64,000 nt of DNA from an uncultured Candidatus Saccharibacteria bacterium (lineage in GTDB: Bacteria; Patescibacteriota; Minisyncoccia; Phycocordibacterales; Phycocordibacteraceae): assembly GCA_964469405.1 (NCBI GenBank), contig CAYXYP010000004.1, positions 7,717-71,716 on the forward strand. Direction: 5' to 3'. The translations under genes and the position numbers were made by a program. Below, one piece after another: positions 9,519 through 19,559 of this stretch; the first letter of the stretch is position 1; each line of letters begins with the position of its first letter. The notes below the pieces were generated by a model. The model ran no database searches and had not been told where the DNA came from. It saw nothing but the letters and a program-made list of their open reading frames with translations.

Positions 9519-10717
9519 ATTTTTGGCATACAATCTCTATATACGGTATCCATTTTCCGGGCGACATCTTTCCATGATTGTCCTTTGCCAAAAATGGCGT
9601 TCGCCTCTTTTATTTTCTGTACGCTTGTTGCATTGCTCGGATCAAGAAGCCACAAAACTTTTTCGGCAACTTTTTTATCATCGTGTACCGGAAGACAAAA
9701 ACCATTCACGCCGTCTTTGATAAGTCCAGGGAGGCCATACACATCGGATACAACACAGGGAATCCCTTGGCTCATTCCTTCGCGTACGACATTGCAACCA
9801 CTCTCCCATAATGCCATGTGTACCATGGCAACGGCATGTCGCATGAGATAATATTTATCAATTCCGCGGACGACACCAGTGAATACAATACGCTTTCCAA
9901 GCCGAAGCTCTGCTATAAGGTTTTTCAGTTTTTGTTCATATGTCGCATCTTGCAATTGACCAATGACCACAAACTTCATGTTCTCCGGTAGATGCGCGAG
10001 TGCTCGAATCGTTGTTTCGATATTTTTGATCGGGTACACTCGTGCGACTTGAATGATATATCTGCCGTACGTTGCAACCGCTTTTTTAACATCTGCGCTC
10101 GCTAAAGCGTCAATATCTCCATACGCTTCATCTTCGAGCCCGTTGTCTATCAAGTGAACCTTTTCGGGCCTAATATATTTCACTTCTTCCGTTCGTTCCC
10201 ACTCCGATACTGCGCGCACGCCATCAACGGTGGCGTTTATAAGCCATGCACCAAGTGTGTGAGTGTATATCTTTTTTACGAAACGACTTACGGGAGGGAA
10301 CATTGACCATTCGGGACTAAAACCACCATGCGGGGTGAGTATAAGCGCAAATTCTTTCTTCCCAATTATTTTAAATAAAAGCGCATAAAAGAGATACCGC
10401 ACAAAGAATATGTCAAAATTATGAAGTGCGATGACATCAGTCTCTCCCCAATGTAGTTCAGGAGAAAATCCGAATACGCCACTCTCGTATCTTTTTACGC
10501 GGAGGCCATTCATGATCTCTTCTGCTACGAGTATATTTTTCTCAGTGTATGTATCTCTGAGTGTATGTATGGTTACATCCCAGCCGAGCGTATTCTGCAA
10601 GGCGACATACGTCTGCATAATGTTATTCTCGATACCTCCTGCAACGGGGTAGAAATACTTCGTGATAACGTCCACGTGTTTTTTTGGCACATTTACGAGA
10701 GTAGTCATGGCTGTCAT
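9515..10717 (-). CDS. GT4 glycosyltransferase
   Basis: FYPVAGGIE, ARVYPIKN, ESGCNVVREGM (EX7E). Confidence 0.9.
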   Translation of the reverse strand: MTAMTTLVNVPKKHVDVITKYFYPVAGGIENNIMQTYVALQNTLGWDVTIHTLRDTYTEKNILVAEEIMNGLRVKRYESGVFGFSPELHWGETDVIALHNFDIFFVRYLFYALLFKIIGKKEFALILTPHGGFSPEWSMFPPVSRFVKKIYTHTLGAWLINATVDGVRAVSEWERTEEVKYIRPEKVHLIDNGLEDEAYGDIDALASADVKKAVATYGRYIIQVARVYPIKNIETTIRALAHLPENMKFVVIGQLQDATYEQKLKNLIAELRLGKRIVFTGVVRGIDKYYLMRHAVAMVHMALWESGCNVVREGMSQGIPCVVSDVYGLPGLIKDGVNGFCLPVHDDKKVAEKVLWLLDPSNATSVQKIKEANAIFGKGQSWKDVARKMDTVYRDCMPKI

Positions 10718-12450
10718 TTTATTATTACAGCAGTTGAAATCACCGCATATCGCGGATCATTAAACAAAAGATCCTCATCGGCGAGCTCTTCTTTTGCGAG
10801 CCCAACCCAAAACGCTTGTCCAGAAAGGACATTCCCATACGAAGAAACAAGTATATGTTCCGGTGAGACACATTTCCCAAAAAGATATTTGAGCGAGGTG
10901 GGAGTATATCTCCAATAGCATCGTTCCGGATTTTGCATTACTCCCATAGACGAGACGGTGACGAGAAGCACACCTCCTGGTTTCAATATGCGAACAGCTT
11001 CCCGCGCCGCAGACTCGTGATCGTCAATGACCCCGAGCGTGTGCGTAAGAATGATGCAGTCGTAGGTATTTTCCGGAATATGACTCATATTTCTCAAATC
11101 ACCATACAAATTCGCCCTCTTATTTTTTATATCTACATCAAGCACATCACTTTTTGTCACTTTGGCACCACCGAAACGGGCGGTGTAGTCGTTAGTACAT
11201 ATTTCAAGACAGTAACCACGTATATATGCCGCATTAGTTTCTAAAAATAACTCGATGTAGTGACGATCAATCGGAGTGCCTCGGTCAAAACCAAATTTTT
11301 TGCTTATTGGGAAAAGGGAGTATTTTGATTTTGGTCGAAAAAAACGCATGAAAAGAGTACGAATTCTCCCAAGAAGAGAGACGAACATGTCTATAATGGT
11401 CGACCTTGGATAGACCGATTGGCTTCGCAAGGCATCTCCCGATAAATCATGAGATATATCACTCCACTCATATACAACAGCATTAAAGCATCGAAAGTTT
11501 AATTTGAGGCGTTCTTCACTCTCTGTATCGTGGAGTAATTGGACGGCGGATATTGCAAAAAGCGCACGAAATATTTTTGCAGTTTCTTGCGATTTGCCAT
11601 ATAGCGATGCGACACCATTTAGAACGACCTTTCGAGATTCATCGTTATCCCACTCCCAATGCAATGAGTTGGTAAATATTTGGAGCAAACTTGTAAAAGC
11701 ATTATCGCCAAAATCAATGATAACAACCCCTTCTTTGTTTACGAGGACATTCTCAAAATGAAAATCTCGATGAACTAACCCTTCATGCCAATGTGAGGCA
11801 AGAGGTGGAACTGCTTGCAGAACCATCGGTATTGTTCGTATGAGAGTCGGTATTTCTCGAGGATATCGGATAGCGGCGTATACAAGACTGACACCATAAG
11901 CAAATAGCGTGTCGGATAGTGTACGTCTGGGAATCTGGCTTTTTTCAGAGGCGTTGAATTGGTCACCAATATATTTCCAAAAATCAATTGCGAGATTAAA
12001 GGTTTCGTATTTTTTTGAAAATGGAGTGACATCTTTTAAATGTATACAATTTTCTATATACTCAAAGACCGCCAGAATATGCGTAGGAGATATTTCCTTT
12101 TCTAAAAGGCGAGGGATGCATATGTGCCGGTATTTCTCTTCAAGTGAGGACCCAATGCGATCCAGCACCCCATGGAGAAGCATGTACAACCGAATCTCGT
12201 TCATGAGTTGGTAGTATTCGTATGTTTGAACTGGCCCCCTCCATATTTTGATAAGAACTTTGTGTCCCTGATTATTTTCGTATACACCAATACCGCGCGG
12301 AGAACTTACGAGAACGGTGTGCAATCGAAAGCCATTGTATTCCGCAGGAAGTGATGTGTCAGAGTCAATTCGCTTGAACAAGCTTACTACGCTAGTTTTT
12401 AATACTAGAGATATGTGCCAGAAAATGTTTGTTTGCTTTATAATAGTCAT
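10714..12450 (-). CDS. Phosphotransferase/kinase-like domain fused to a class I SAM methyltransferase
   Basis: VLIK, HRDFHFENVL and IIDFG kinase motifs; C-terminal FGFDRGTPIDR, YDCII and RILKPGGVL. Confidence 0.75.
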   Translation of the reverse strand: MTIIKQTNIFWHISLVLKTSVVSLFKRIDSDTSLPAEYNGFRLHTVLVSSPRGIGVYENNQGHKVLIKIWRGPVQTYEYYQLMNEIRLYMLLHGVLDRIGSSLEEKYRHICIPRLLEKEISPTHILAVFEYIENCIHLKDVTPFSKKYETFNLAIDFWKYIGDQFNASEKSQIPRRTLSDTLFAYGVSLVYAAIRYPREIPTLIRTIPMVLQAVPPLASHWHEGLVHRDFHFENVLVNKEGVVIIDFGDNAFTSLLQIFTNSLHWEWDNDESRKVVLNGVASLYGKSQETAKIFRALFAISAVQLLHDTESEERLKLNFRCFNAVVYEWSDISHDLSGDALRSQSVYPRSTIIDMFVSLLGRIRTLFMRFFRPKSKYSLFPISKKFGFDRGTPIDRHYIELFLETNAAYIRGYCLEICTNDYTARFGGAKVTKSDVLDVDIKNKRANLYGDLRNMSHIPENTYDCIILTHTLGVIDDHESAAREAVRILKPGGVLLVTVSSMGVMQNPERCYWRYTPTSLKYLFGKCVSPEHILVSSYGNVLSGQAFWVGLAKEELADEDLLFNDPRYAVISTAVIIK

Positions 12451-12453
12451 ATT

Positions 12454-15400
12454 TTATGTTCGATTTACCAAAGAAGCTTCGTGGTGGGATATAAATTCCC
12501 GACTGGAAATTGCCTCAATAAATTTTTGACTGCTCTTGCTCCACTCAAAATTCTGTGACCATACAATCGCGTATCTTGAGAGAATCTTCCGGAGTGTCCC
12601 ATCAACGAGCACTAGAATTATCTTTTCTGCGAGAGCTCCAGTATCACCATACGGGACCAGGAGTCCCGTCTCGCCATCGCGTACAGAATCGCGAAGGCCG
12701 GAGACATCTGACGCAATGACGGGCGTACCGCAGGCATTCGCTTCAATCGTAGTTATTCCCCAGCCCTCAATCATAGATGGAGTGACAAAAACCCAGGATG
12801 TTCGCAAAATATCACGCTTCTCTTCCTCGGATACCTTTCCACGAAAAGAAACTGAATTTCCGAGGTCGAGTTTCTGCGTCAATCTCTTCAAATTATTTTC
12901 TTCCTCACCATCCCCAGCAATAATAAGCTCTGCATCGGGAACACGAGCCAGAACTTCTTTGAATGCCTCGATGAGCACATGGACAGACTTGTGTTCTTTC
13001 AGTCTTCCAACATAGGACACTGTTGGCACGAATGCTTTCTTTCCAGGAGTTAGGAAATTTGTATCAATGCCCGGATTTACCACCTGAATATCTTTGGTCG
13101 TTATGTTGAGCGTCTCCATAGCCTGTTTTGAAGAATCTGACACCGTAATGAAGTTGCAGTTGCGATACACAAGCGGCATAAAATCTCTTTCGAGGAAGCA
13201 AGCAAAACTGGAAAGTGGCCACACGAGCGATTTGCGGAATACGTCTTGATGAATGTGGTGTACCAGGCAATACACGGGTTCTGTAGCATACAGCGGAGTA
13301 AAGAAGGGGATACCATTTTCACTATCTACGATAACGTCGAATGTCCCTCTGAAATGAAATAGATAATAGAGCGAGGCGATGACATAGGTCGCATAGAATC
13401 CACCACGGCGTATGATGCGGACACCATCAGTCTCTCCGTTTGGGGGTAAATGACCGTCATTACTTGTGAACAGGGTCACGGAGTGACCATCCTTTACCCA
13501 CCGTGATGCAAGAGCTTGCACGTATGTCTCGGCGCCGCCGGCAAACACACTTTTGGTATCGCGCCAATTGAAGACAAGAATATTTTTTTTGCCCGGAATA
13601 TGAGGGCGTGCGGGAGGCAATGGTTTATAGATAATAAGGATGTCATAGAGGTTACGATAGGCGTAGAGAAGCTGGTTGTAGAAAATATGTGAAGCCGCAA
13701 TAATTAGGAAATATATGATATTAAACGCTACTGCCGTCTGCACAAATACCGCTACGGAAGAATGGTAGAACACCATACTTGTAAGCATGGAGAGAGATAA
13801 CACTAAAGATATGGCGGGGAAAAAATATCGTTCCCGCGCAAGCTGGTAGAGAACGACGGTTGTTGCAAGCGTGAATAATGTCATGGCGATAGAGTAGGGA
13901 ATGAGATACGGGACAATCATCAGCGCCGATGCGCCAAGAAGAAGCGGTGCAAGAAACCACCCGAACAAAGAGAGGCCGAGCCCTGCCGAAATGCTGAGGA
14001 ATGCCGTACCGACAAAAATCTTCCCAAATTCTTTCTCCGGATCTCTGCCTTTTCCCATCGCACGACTCACCATTGACACGATAAATACATTGAGAAGAGA
14101 ACCGAAAAAATAAATCATTTTCCCGATGGTGGAGAGGAGAGCATAGACGCCGGCGTCATAGGGACTTAAATAATGTTTCGCCAGAATTACGTCGACGCTC
14201 AGAACCATCGCAATCGAAAATCCCTTCATGAGTGATGCTGCATAAAAATCAAGCGAAAATTTCGTTTCCGTCTGGGCCGTTCTTTGGGCAGCTGGAATTT
14301 TTCGGTACACGAGGGCGGCGCAAGCGGTTGAACCAGCCCAACCAAGAAAGATAGAAATAGGTATGGCAAGTGAAGAGAATTCGTATGCACTCATGGAGAC
14401 GAGAATCATGGCTGCGGCGAGTCTCGAACTGGATTCAAAAAGGGCTAGAAACGCAAGCATGCCGAAGCTCCACATGCCTTGCAAGTACCCGGCGTTATAC
14501 GCATTAAGCGATCCGAAGAAAATCGCTGGAGCGAAGGCTGCTATTACCACGTATCCTGACATGTGGAAGAAATCGGAGATAAACGGGACGGAAGCAAACC
14601 ACACGATGCTCCCAATCATGCTCGGAATAAAAATGTGTAGCCATGTGTGACGGAAAAAGAGACTTCCTTTTCCGGGAGCGATTCCTTCAAGATACGAAAC
14701 GGTGTGGTTGAGTGTGGTGCCGACACCGTTAACAAAAAGATTGAGCAGATACACAAACGTGCTTACGAGCGTGATAGTGCCGAAGTCTTCGAAATTAAGA
14801 TGTCTGCCGAGATACGCATTGAATGCAAAGTTGATGATGTTTGCGACTACCGAAGACATCACCAGGAGTCCTGCGCTTGAAGTGATGAATTTTCGTGTCT
14901 TTACGAACCATGTTTCTTTTTCGGTATTGTCACTCAGAATATGGATCAGCTCTGGTTCGTTGTCGGGTACAGCATTTGCCGCCATATCGATGGATGCCGG
15001 TAACGCGGGATTCTTTACGGGTATGAGTGTCAAGACGGTCCGTGGAGGCTGTTTCGCCATGACGGCTTTCATATCGAAAGCGATTTGCGGTACTGGGACG
15101 CGCATCGTCCATGGTATTTGCGGGATAATTTTCACCGGGGCGAGGTGAAGCCCATGAACTGTCTTCGCCCAGTAGTGTGGCTTCACAATTATTTCGTACA
15201 GCGCTTGCCATGCGGCGAAACTCATACCGAGCCAATAGAACGGGATGAGGAAAACGTATTTGATGAGTCCGTCGTATTCGCGCTTCACACAACCGATCAT
15301 GTAGTAGTAGAGATAGAGGAAGTTTCCAAATACAAGCGAAAAGACTCCGATATAGAGTATCGGTCCCGGGAAGAAGGCCTCTATAAAGAGGCCGATCTTT

Positions 15401-16662
15401 GCGCGGAAAAGAAAGTAACAAATCGTCGTCACCCACATGATGGGATTGATGAAAAGCGAAAGTATCTTTCCGCCAACGATGAGCTGGAAAAGAAAAAAAT
15501 CTTTTCCTTTCCCCGCTGTGAAATACTCCTGCGGATTACGCATGTGCACGAAATAGGTCTGGATGTAGCCTTTGATCCACCTGCTGCGCTGGTTGTACCA
15601 ATTCAGGACGTCCGAGTTGGCCTCCTCGTGTGTGGTCGAATCGACGATTGCCGTTTTGTAACCGCGCTTGGCGAGGCGCATACCGAGGTCACAATCCTCG
15701 GTGACGTTAAACGCATCCCAGCCCCCGAGCTCACGGAGCGTGTCTCTGCGGAAATGGTTGGAAGTTCCGCCAAGCGGAATAGGCGCCCCGATTGATTGAA
15801 AGCCGGGGAGAACCAAGTCGAACCAGAGTGAATATTCCGCGCTAAAGAGTCTCGTGAGAATGTTCTGTTGCGGATTATAGAAATTGAGTTTGGCTTGGAT
15901 GCAGGCCACGCTCGCATCTACTTTTTTGAATGCGAGAACCGCCTTCTTAAGTTGGTCGACTTCGGGGACATCCTCGGCGTCGTATATAACGACATACTCG
16001 CCGCTCACATAATTAAGGCCGTAGTTCATCGCCTTCGGCTTGGTCTTCGGCTTTGAGTGCGGCACGACCACGATGTGGAAGTGCTCGGGCAGGGAGGACG
16101 TGCTTATTTTCTGTATGGTTTCCGTATCGTTCTCCTCGAGAAGAAAAAGGACCTGAAGTTTCTCGTGCGGGTAATCAAGTTTCTGCATCGCTTCGACGAA
16201 CTGAGGTACCACCTGCCATTCTTTATAGAGCGGACAGAAGATCGTGTAGGTCGGGCAGTTCTCGTCGCGGAGTCCCGCTATCTCTGATGCGCTGATGCGT
16301 ATTTCGGGGAGCGCTTTGTAGCTTTGGAAAATAATGAACGCACTAAATAGAAGATCGAAAAAATAGAGCACGGTCATCACGCCGAACAGCGCGATGGCGG
16401 TCATCTGCCAATTGAGAACAAATGCAAATGCAAGGAGTCCGATAGCTGTTCCTAAAAATATTTTCTGATGTCTAAGTAAATTGAAAAACGCTGATTCTGT
16501 CACATGCAAATCTGCATGATGAATGAATTCGGCACCCTTGTAATGGAAGCCCGTCTGCATCGTGTTAGACATAATGGGCGACATGTGTGGATCATGCTCC
16601 GGCCCGAAGATGAAACCACGCACTTTCCGGGACAGGTTCGTGTACGCATCAACGTATCTCAT
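12454..16662 (-). CDS. Processive GT2 (cellulose-synthase-like) + Wzx-like flippase + GT4 fusion
   Basis: YDAED, TEDCD and QRSRW (QxxRW) plus TMs; multi-TM polysaccharide-flippase-like middle region; C-terminal GGAE..VGRL..K..EGWGITTIEA. Confidence 0.85.
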   Translation of the reverse strand: MRYVDAYTNLSRKVRGFIFGPEHDPHMSPIMSNTMQTGFHYKGAEFIHHADLHVTESAFFNLLRHQKIFLGTAIGLLAFAFVLNWQMTAIALFGVMTVLYFFDLLFSAFIIFQSYKALPEIRISASEIAGLRDENCPTYTIFCPLYKEWQVVPQFVEAMQKLDYPHEKLQVLFLLEENDTETIQKISTSSLPEHFHIVVVPHSKPKTKPKAMNYGLNYVSGEYVVIYDAEDVPEVDQLKKAVLAFKKVDASVACIQAKLNFYNPQQNILTRLFSAEYSLWFDLVLPGFQSIGAPIPLGGTSNHFRRDTLRELGGWDAFNVTEDCDLGMRLAKRGYKTAIVDSTTHEEANSDVLNWYNQRSRWIKGYIQTYFVHMRNPQEYFTAGKGKDFFLFQLIVGGKILSLFINPIMWVTTICYFLFRAKIGLFIEAFFPGPILYIGVFSLVFGNFLYLYYYMIGCVKREYDGLIKYVFLIPFYWLGMSFAAWQALYEIIVKPHYWAKTVHGLHLAPVKIIPQIPWTMRVPVPQIAFDMKAVMAKQPPRTVLTLIPVKNPALPASIDMAANAVPDNEPELIHILSDNTEKETWFVKTRKFITSSAGLLVMSSVVANIINFAFNAYLGRHLNFEDFGTITLVSTFVYLLNLFVNGVGTTLNHTVSYLEGIAPGKGSLFFRHTWLHIFIPSMIGSIVWFASVPFISDFFHMSGYVVIAAFAPAIFFGSLNAYNAGYLQGMWSFGMLAFLALFESSSRLAAAMILVSMSAYEFSSLAIPISIFLGWAGSTACAALVYRKIPAAQRTAQTETKFSLDFYAASLMKGFSIAMVLSVDVILAKHYLSPYDAGVYALLSTIGKMIYFFGSLLNVFIVSMVSRAMGKGRDPEKEFGKIFVGTAFLSISAGLGLSLFGWFLAPLLLGASALMIVPYLIPYSIAMTLFTLATTVVLYQLARERYFFPAISLVLSLSMLTSMVFYHSSVAVFVQTAVAFNIIYFLIIAASHIFYNQLLYAYRNLYDILIIYKPLPPARPHIPGKKNILVFNWRDTKSVFAGGAETYVQALASRWVKDGHSVTLFTSNDGHLPPNGETDGVRIIRRGGFYATYVIASLYYLFHFRGTFDVIVDSENGIPFFTPLYATEPVYCLVHHIHQDVFRKSLVWPLSSFACFLERDFMPLVYRNCNFITVSDSSKQAMETLNITTKDIQVVNPGIDTNFLTPGKKAFVPTVSYVGRLKEHKSVHVLIEAFKEVLARVPDAELIIAGDGEEENNLKRLTQKLDLGNSVSFRGKVSEEEKRDILRTSWVFVTPSMIEGWGITTIEANACGTPVIASDVSGLRDSVRDGETGLLVPYGDTGALAEKIILVLVDGTLRKILSRYAIVWSQNFEWSKSSQKFIEAISSREFISHHEASLVNRT

Positions 16663-17407
16663 TTTGTGCGGTAGGAAGAGCGCTATAGCGTCCCAGAATG
16701 CGGTTCCACGATATGTGTGCGAGCTCGCCGAGCGTTTGGAAATAAGAAACAGCGGTAACTTTGGATCCGGCGGGATTGTCCCATACGACGGGAAGTTCCT
16801 TTATCTTGAAGTCATTTTTGCGAGCGATGACTAAAACCTCGATATCAAATCCAAAACGCTCGATAGTCTGTCGCGGGAAAATCGCGTCGGCCGCCTTTGC
16901 GGAAAATAGTTTGAATCCGCGCTGAGTGTCTTCAATTCCCGGCACCGCTAAGAGCTGTACGAGCATGTTTGCACCTGAACCGAGTATTCTGCGGTGCCAG
17001 CCATTATGCTCGGATACGTCGGTGGTATCAGTGATGTGTATAGAACCGATAGCAACGTCGAACCCATTTGAGAGAGAGCGCATGAACATATCGAGGTGTG
17101 AGATATCTACTGAGTTGTCAGCGTCCATAAACAGTCGATAGTCGCCCGTCGCGGCGAGCATTCCGCGCTTGACGGAGAAACCCTTTCCGCTATTTTTTTC
17201 ATTTATTAGAACCTGCAGGTTTTTTATTCTTGACGCATAGCGTCCGGCCACAAAGGCGGTGCCGTCAGTCGAGCCATCGTCGACCACGATCACTTCGACG
17301 GGCATGTCATTATGGGCGAAATATCGTTCGATGCTCTCGAGTGTATTCCCGATACGCGTCGCTTCGTTGTAAGCCGGTATGACTATGGAAAGCATATTTT
17401 TATCCAT
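16649..17407 (-). CDS. Polyprenyl-phosphate glycosyltransferase (GT2, Alg5/DPM-synthase-like)
   Basis: IPAYNE, DDGSTD, GKG, DAD, DTQRGFK, FGFDIE; start overlaps the GtrA stop. Confidence 0.9.
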   Translation of the reverse strand: MDKNMLSIVIPAYNEATRIGNTLESIERYFAHNDMPVEVIVVDDGSTDGTAFVAGRYASRIKNLQVLINEKNSGKGFSVKRGMLAATGDYRLFMDADNSVDISHLDMFMRSLSNGFDVAIGSIHITDTTDVSEHNGWHRRILGSGANMLVQLLAVPGIEDTQRGFKLFSAKAADAIFPRQTIERFGFDIEVLVIARKNDFKIKELPVVWDNPAGSKVTAVSYFQTLGELAHISWNRILGRYSALPTAQNEIR

Positions 17408-17813
17408 GAGATTTTTTGAACACCAGGAATCGATAGCCGAGGAAGTTCCATCCAAGCACGACGAAGGTGCCCATCAATGCTCCAATGTTTGCCGCAAGTT
17501 GCGGGGAAGCCTGCTGCACGAAGAGGGTGAAGACGGCAAACGAAATTGATACGTTTATCCAGAAGCCTACCGCGGATATGATGAAGAAAAGTAGTGGCTC
17601 TTTCACGTTTGTCGGCGTGTCGTGCCTAAAGACCCACCATTTATTCAATATGTAGCTATTGGCGACAGCCGCGAGGAAAGAGATGCTCTTGAATACGACG
17701 AAAAGTTCACCATGGACACCGGTACCAAAAAAGTATATTAAAATGTTGAGCACCATTAAATCGAGTGCTGTGTTAAGCACTCCGACACAGAAGAATTTAA
17801 AAAATGTATACAT
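17400..17813 (-). CDS. GtrA-family lipid-phosphate-sugar flippase
   Basis: KFFCVGVLNTALD, NSYILNKWWVF, WNFLGYRFLVF; 4 TMs. Confidence 0.9.
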   Translation of the reverse strand: MYTFFKFFCVGVLNTALDLMVLNILIYFFGTGVHGELFVVFKSISFLAAVANSYILNKWWVFRHDTPTNVKEPLLFFIISAVGFWINVSISFAVFTLFVQQASPQLAANIGALMGTFVVLGWNFLGYRFLVFKKSHG

Positions 17814-17841
17814 ACGTAAGTACTACGCCGGCCAACCAAGT

Positions 17842-17869
17842 TGGGCATTACTCCGAGGAGTAATGCCCA
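17842..17869. promoter_or_regulatory. Perfect 12-bp hairpin in the leader of the glycosylation operon
   Basis: tgggcattactc-cgag-gagtaatgccca, ~30 nt upstream of the gtrA start; candidate minus-strand promoter TTGACA-N18-TAGGGT near 17939-17968. Confidence 0.6.
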
Positions 17870-18207
17870 GTCAAAACACATATAAGGAAGGAAAGAACGC
17901 GGAGGATTCCCAATGTGACGAGGAAGCGACGCACCAGAACCCTAACATATAGACTGAGGGTATGTCAAATTTCCGTCGCGGAGCATATATAAGGAGTGTT
18001 TTCCCGATTTAAGCTAGACATCCATTGGATGTTTAGTGTATTTCAACCCTGCAATAGAGAGCAAAGTCGATGATATTTTGCACTACAGTATATTGATCAA
18101 GAAAAAATGTCCGTGGGAGCACAACAGTGTATTGAAAATATATGTTTTCGACTCCTCATCACCCGATAAAATACACCCTAATTAAATAGTTATCCCCACG
18201 AATTTTA

Positions 18208-18235
18208 TGGACAGTGCTGCGAAGATGACTATAAT
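18208..18235 (+). promoter_or_regulatory. Sigma70-type promoter
   Basis: TGGACA-N16-TATAAT, 7 nt before an in-frame GTG at 18243. Confidence 0.6.
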
Positions 18236-18242
18236 GAATTTT

Positions 18243-19559
18243 GTGGTAACGCTCTCTCGCACATTTTCAGTAACACTCGCAAGTATTTTTATTTTCAGCA
18301 TAGTTTTGTTTGGTGGGGCGGGGAACTCTCTCGCACAAACCACTTCCACCTCACAGCCGGGTGTCGTCCTTCTCGCAACGGTAAACGTCGTCGATGTAAA
18401 GATCATCTCTCAGGAGGGTAGTACGTTCCGTATTTCTTTCAATCTCACAAATCGTCAAGGTATACAGACAGGAGTTAAATATGGCGTTCGGCTCGTATCG
18501 AACGTTAAAGGGGCAGCTATCGCCGACGAAAAAGTATATCCAGCGACACTGACACTTGCGGAGAACAGCTCTGTGATCAAAGAAATCACCTACACAGCCC
18601 CAGAAAACTTAAGTGGCGCCTACACGCTCTACATCACCAGCAGAAATGAAAGTGGTCTCCCTCTTGCCCTTACTCCAGCTGGCAAGGTTACTCTCACTGC
18701 AACTACAAAAGGTCTTGCGGTCGATCCCACCTCCTGTTATTTGAAGATCGTAGGTGAAAAAGGCAGCCCTCACTACAATCTCGTTCAAGGTGTCGATATT
18801 GCAAGTACTGAAAATCTAGTGCTGACCTGCACAGCGACTAATGGAGAGTCGACAGCGCTTTCCGCAGTACCGTCTTTCGAAACTCACTATCGCACCATAT
18901 ATGGAGCCATAGTTAAGCAAGTCGGAGGAGATTCGACACCGATTTCTTTTGCTGCAGGTGAGAAAAAGACTTTTTCCATCACACTTCCTAAGGCGGGAGA
19001 ACCTCAAGCATATGACGTCTCGACCGTGCTCAAGTCGGGGAGTATTTCATCAAACGCCATCATTGCTCACTACGTGATCAGCGGATCAAGTGCGACCGTG
19101 CAAAGTATTTCTCTCGACAAGAATTTCTATATGAAAGGTGATACCGCAACACTGTCTTTCGCATGGTCGCCATCAGCTGATGACTTCCCTAACTCACGCA
19201 TCGGGGAAAGCTCCCTCTCTGTTACGAGCGCTAGTGTGTCTATGACCGATGCGAGTGGAAACGCCTGTATAACGCCGACTCAAAAGTCTCTGTCAGGGGG
19301 TGTCAAAATAAACATCGCGCTCCTTCTCGAGAAGGACTGCAATAATCCTCATGTATCCCTGTCGCTCGTAGACGCAGCAGGGCACCCTCTCGCTCAGAAG
19401 GATCTAGCTATTATCAGTCCTGCGACAGCTCCTGAGGCGACATCGTCGACATCATCTCCTGTCTCTGTGCTCATTGCTCTTGGCGTCATTGTGATTATTG
19501 GATTGGGAGCATACATCATGCACCGGAAGAAAGAAGTCGTAATACAACAACTACCATGA
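18243..19559 (+). CDS. Secreted beta-rich surface protein with C-terminal membrane anchor
   Basis: Signal peptide ending SLA-Q, Ig-like beta content, S/T linker, TM followed by HRKK. The track start is 18207; GTG 18243 is preferred from promoter spacing. Confidence 0.75.
   Translation: MVTLSRTFSVTLASIFIFSIVLFGGAGNSLAQTTSTSQPGVVLLATVNVVDVKIISQEGSTFRISFNLTNRQGIQTGVKYGVRLVSNVKGAAIADEKVYPATLTLAENSSVIKEITYTAPENLSGAYTLYITSRNESGLPLALTPAGKVTLTATTKGLAVDPTSCYLKIVGEKGSPHYNLVQGVDIASTENLVLTCTATNGESTALSAVPSFETHYRTIYGAIVKQVGGDSTPISFAAGEKKTFSITLPKAGEPQAYDVSTVLKSGSISSNAIIAHYVISGSSATVQSISLDKNFYMKGDTATLSFAWSPSADDFPNSRIGESSLSVTSASVSMTDASGNACITPTQKSLSGGVKINIALLLEKDCNNPHVSLSLVDAAGHPLAQKDLAIISPATAPEATSSTSSPVSVLIALGVIVIIGLGAYIMHRKKEVVIQQLP

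Noticed and set aside
14930-15917. Long alternative-frame ORFs inside the GT2 fusion, and similar ones inside the BaiN, pyrG and MFS genes
   Set aside because: They fully overlap well-supported genes and show no recognisable motifs.
17819-17832. RfaH ops element upstream of gtrA
   Set aside because: Minus-strand ggcgtagt does not match the GGCGGTAG core.
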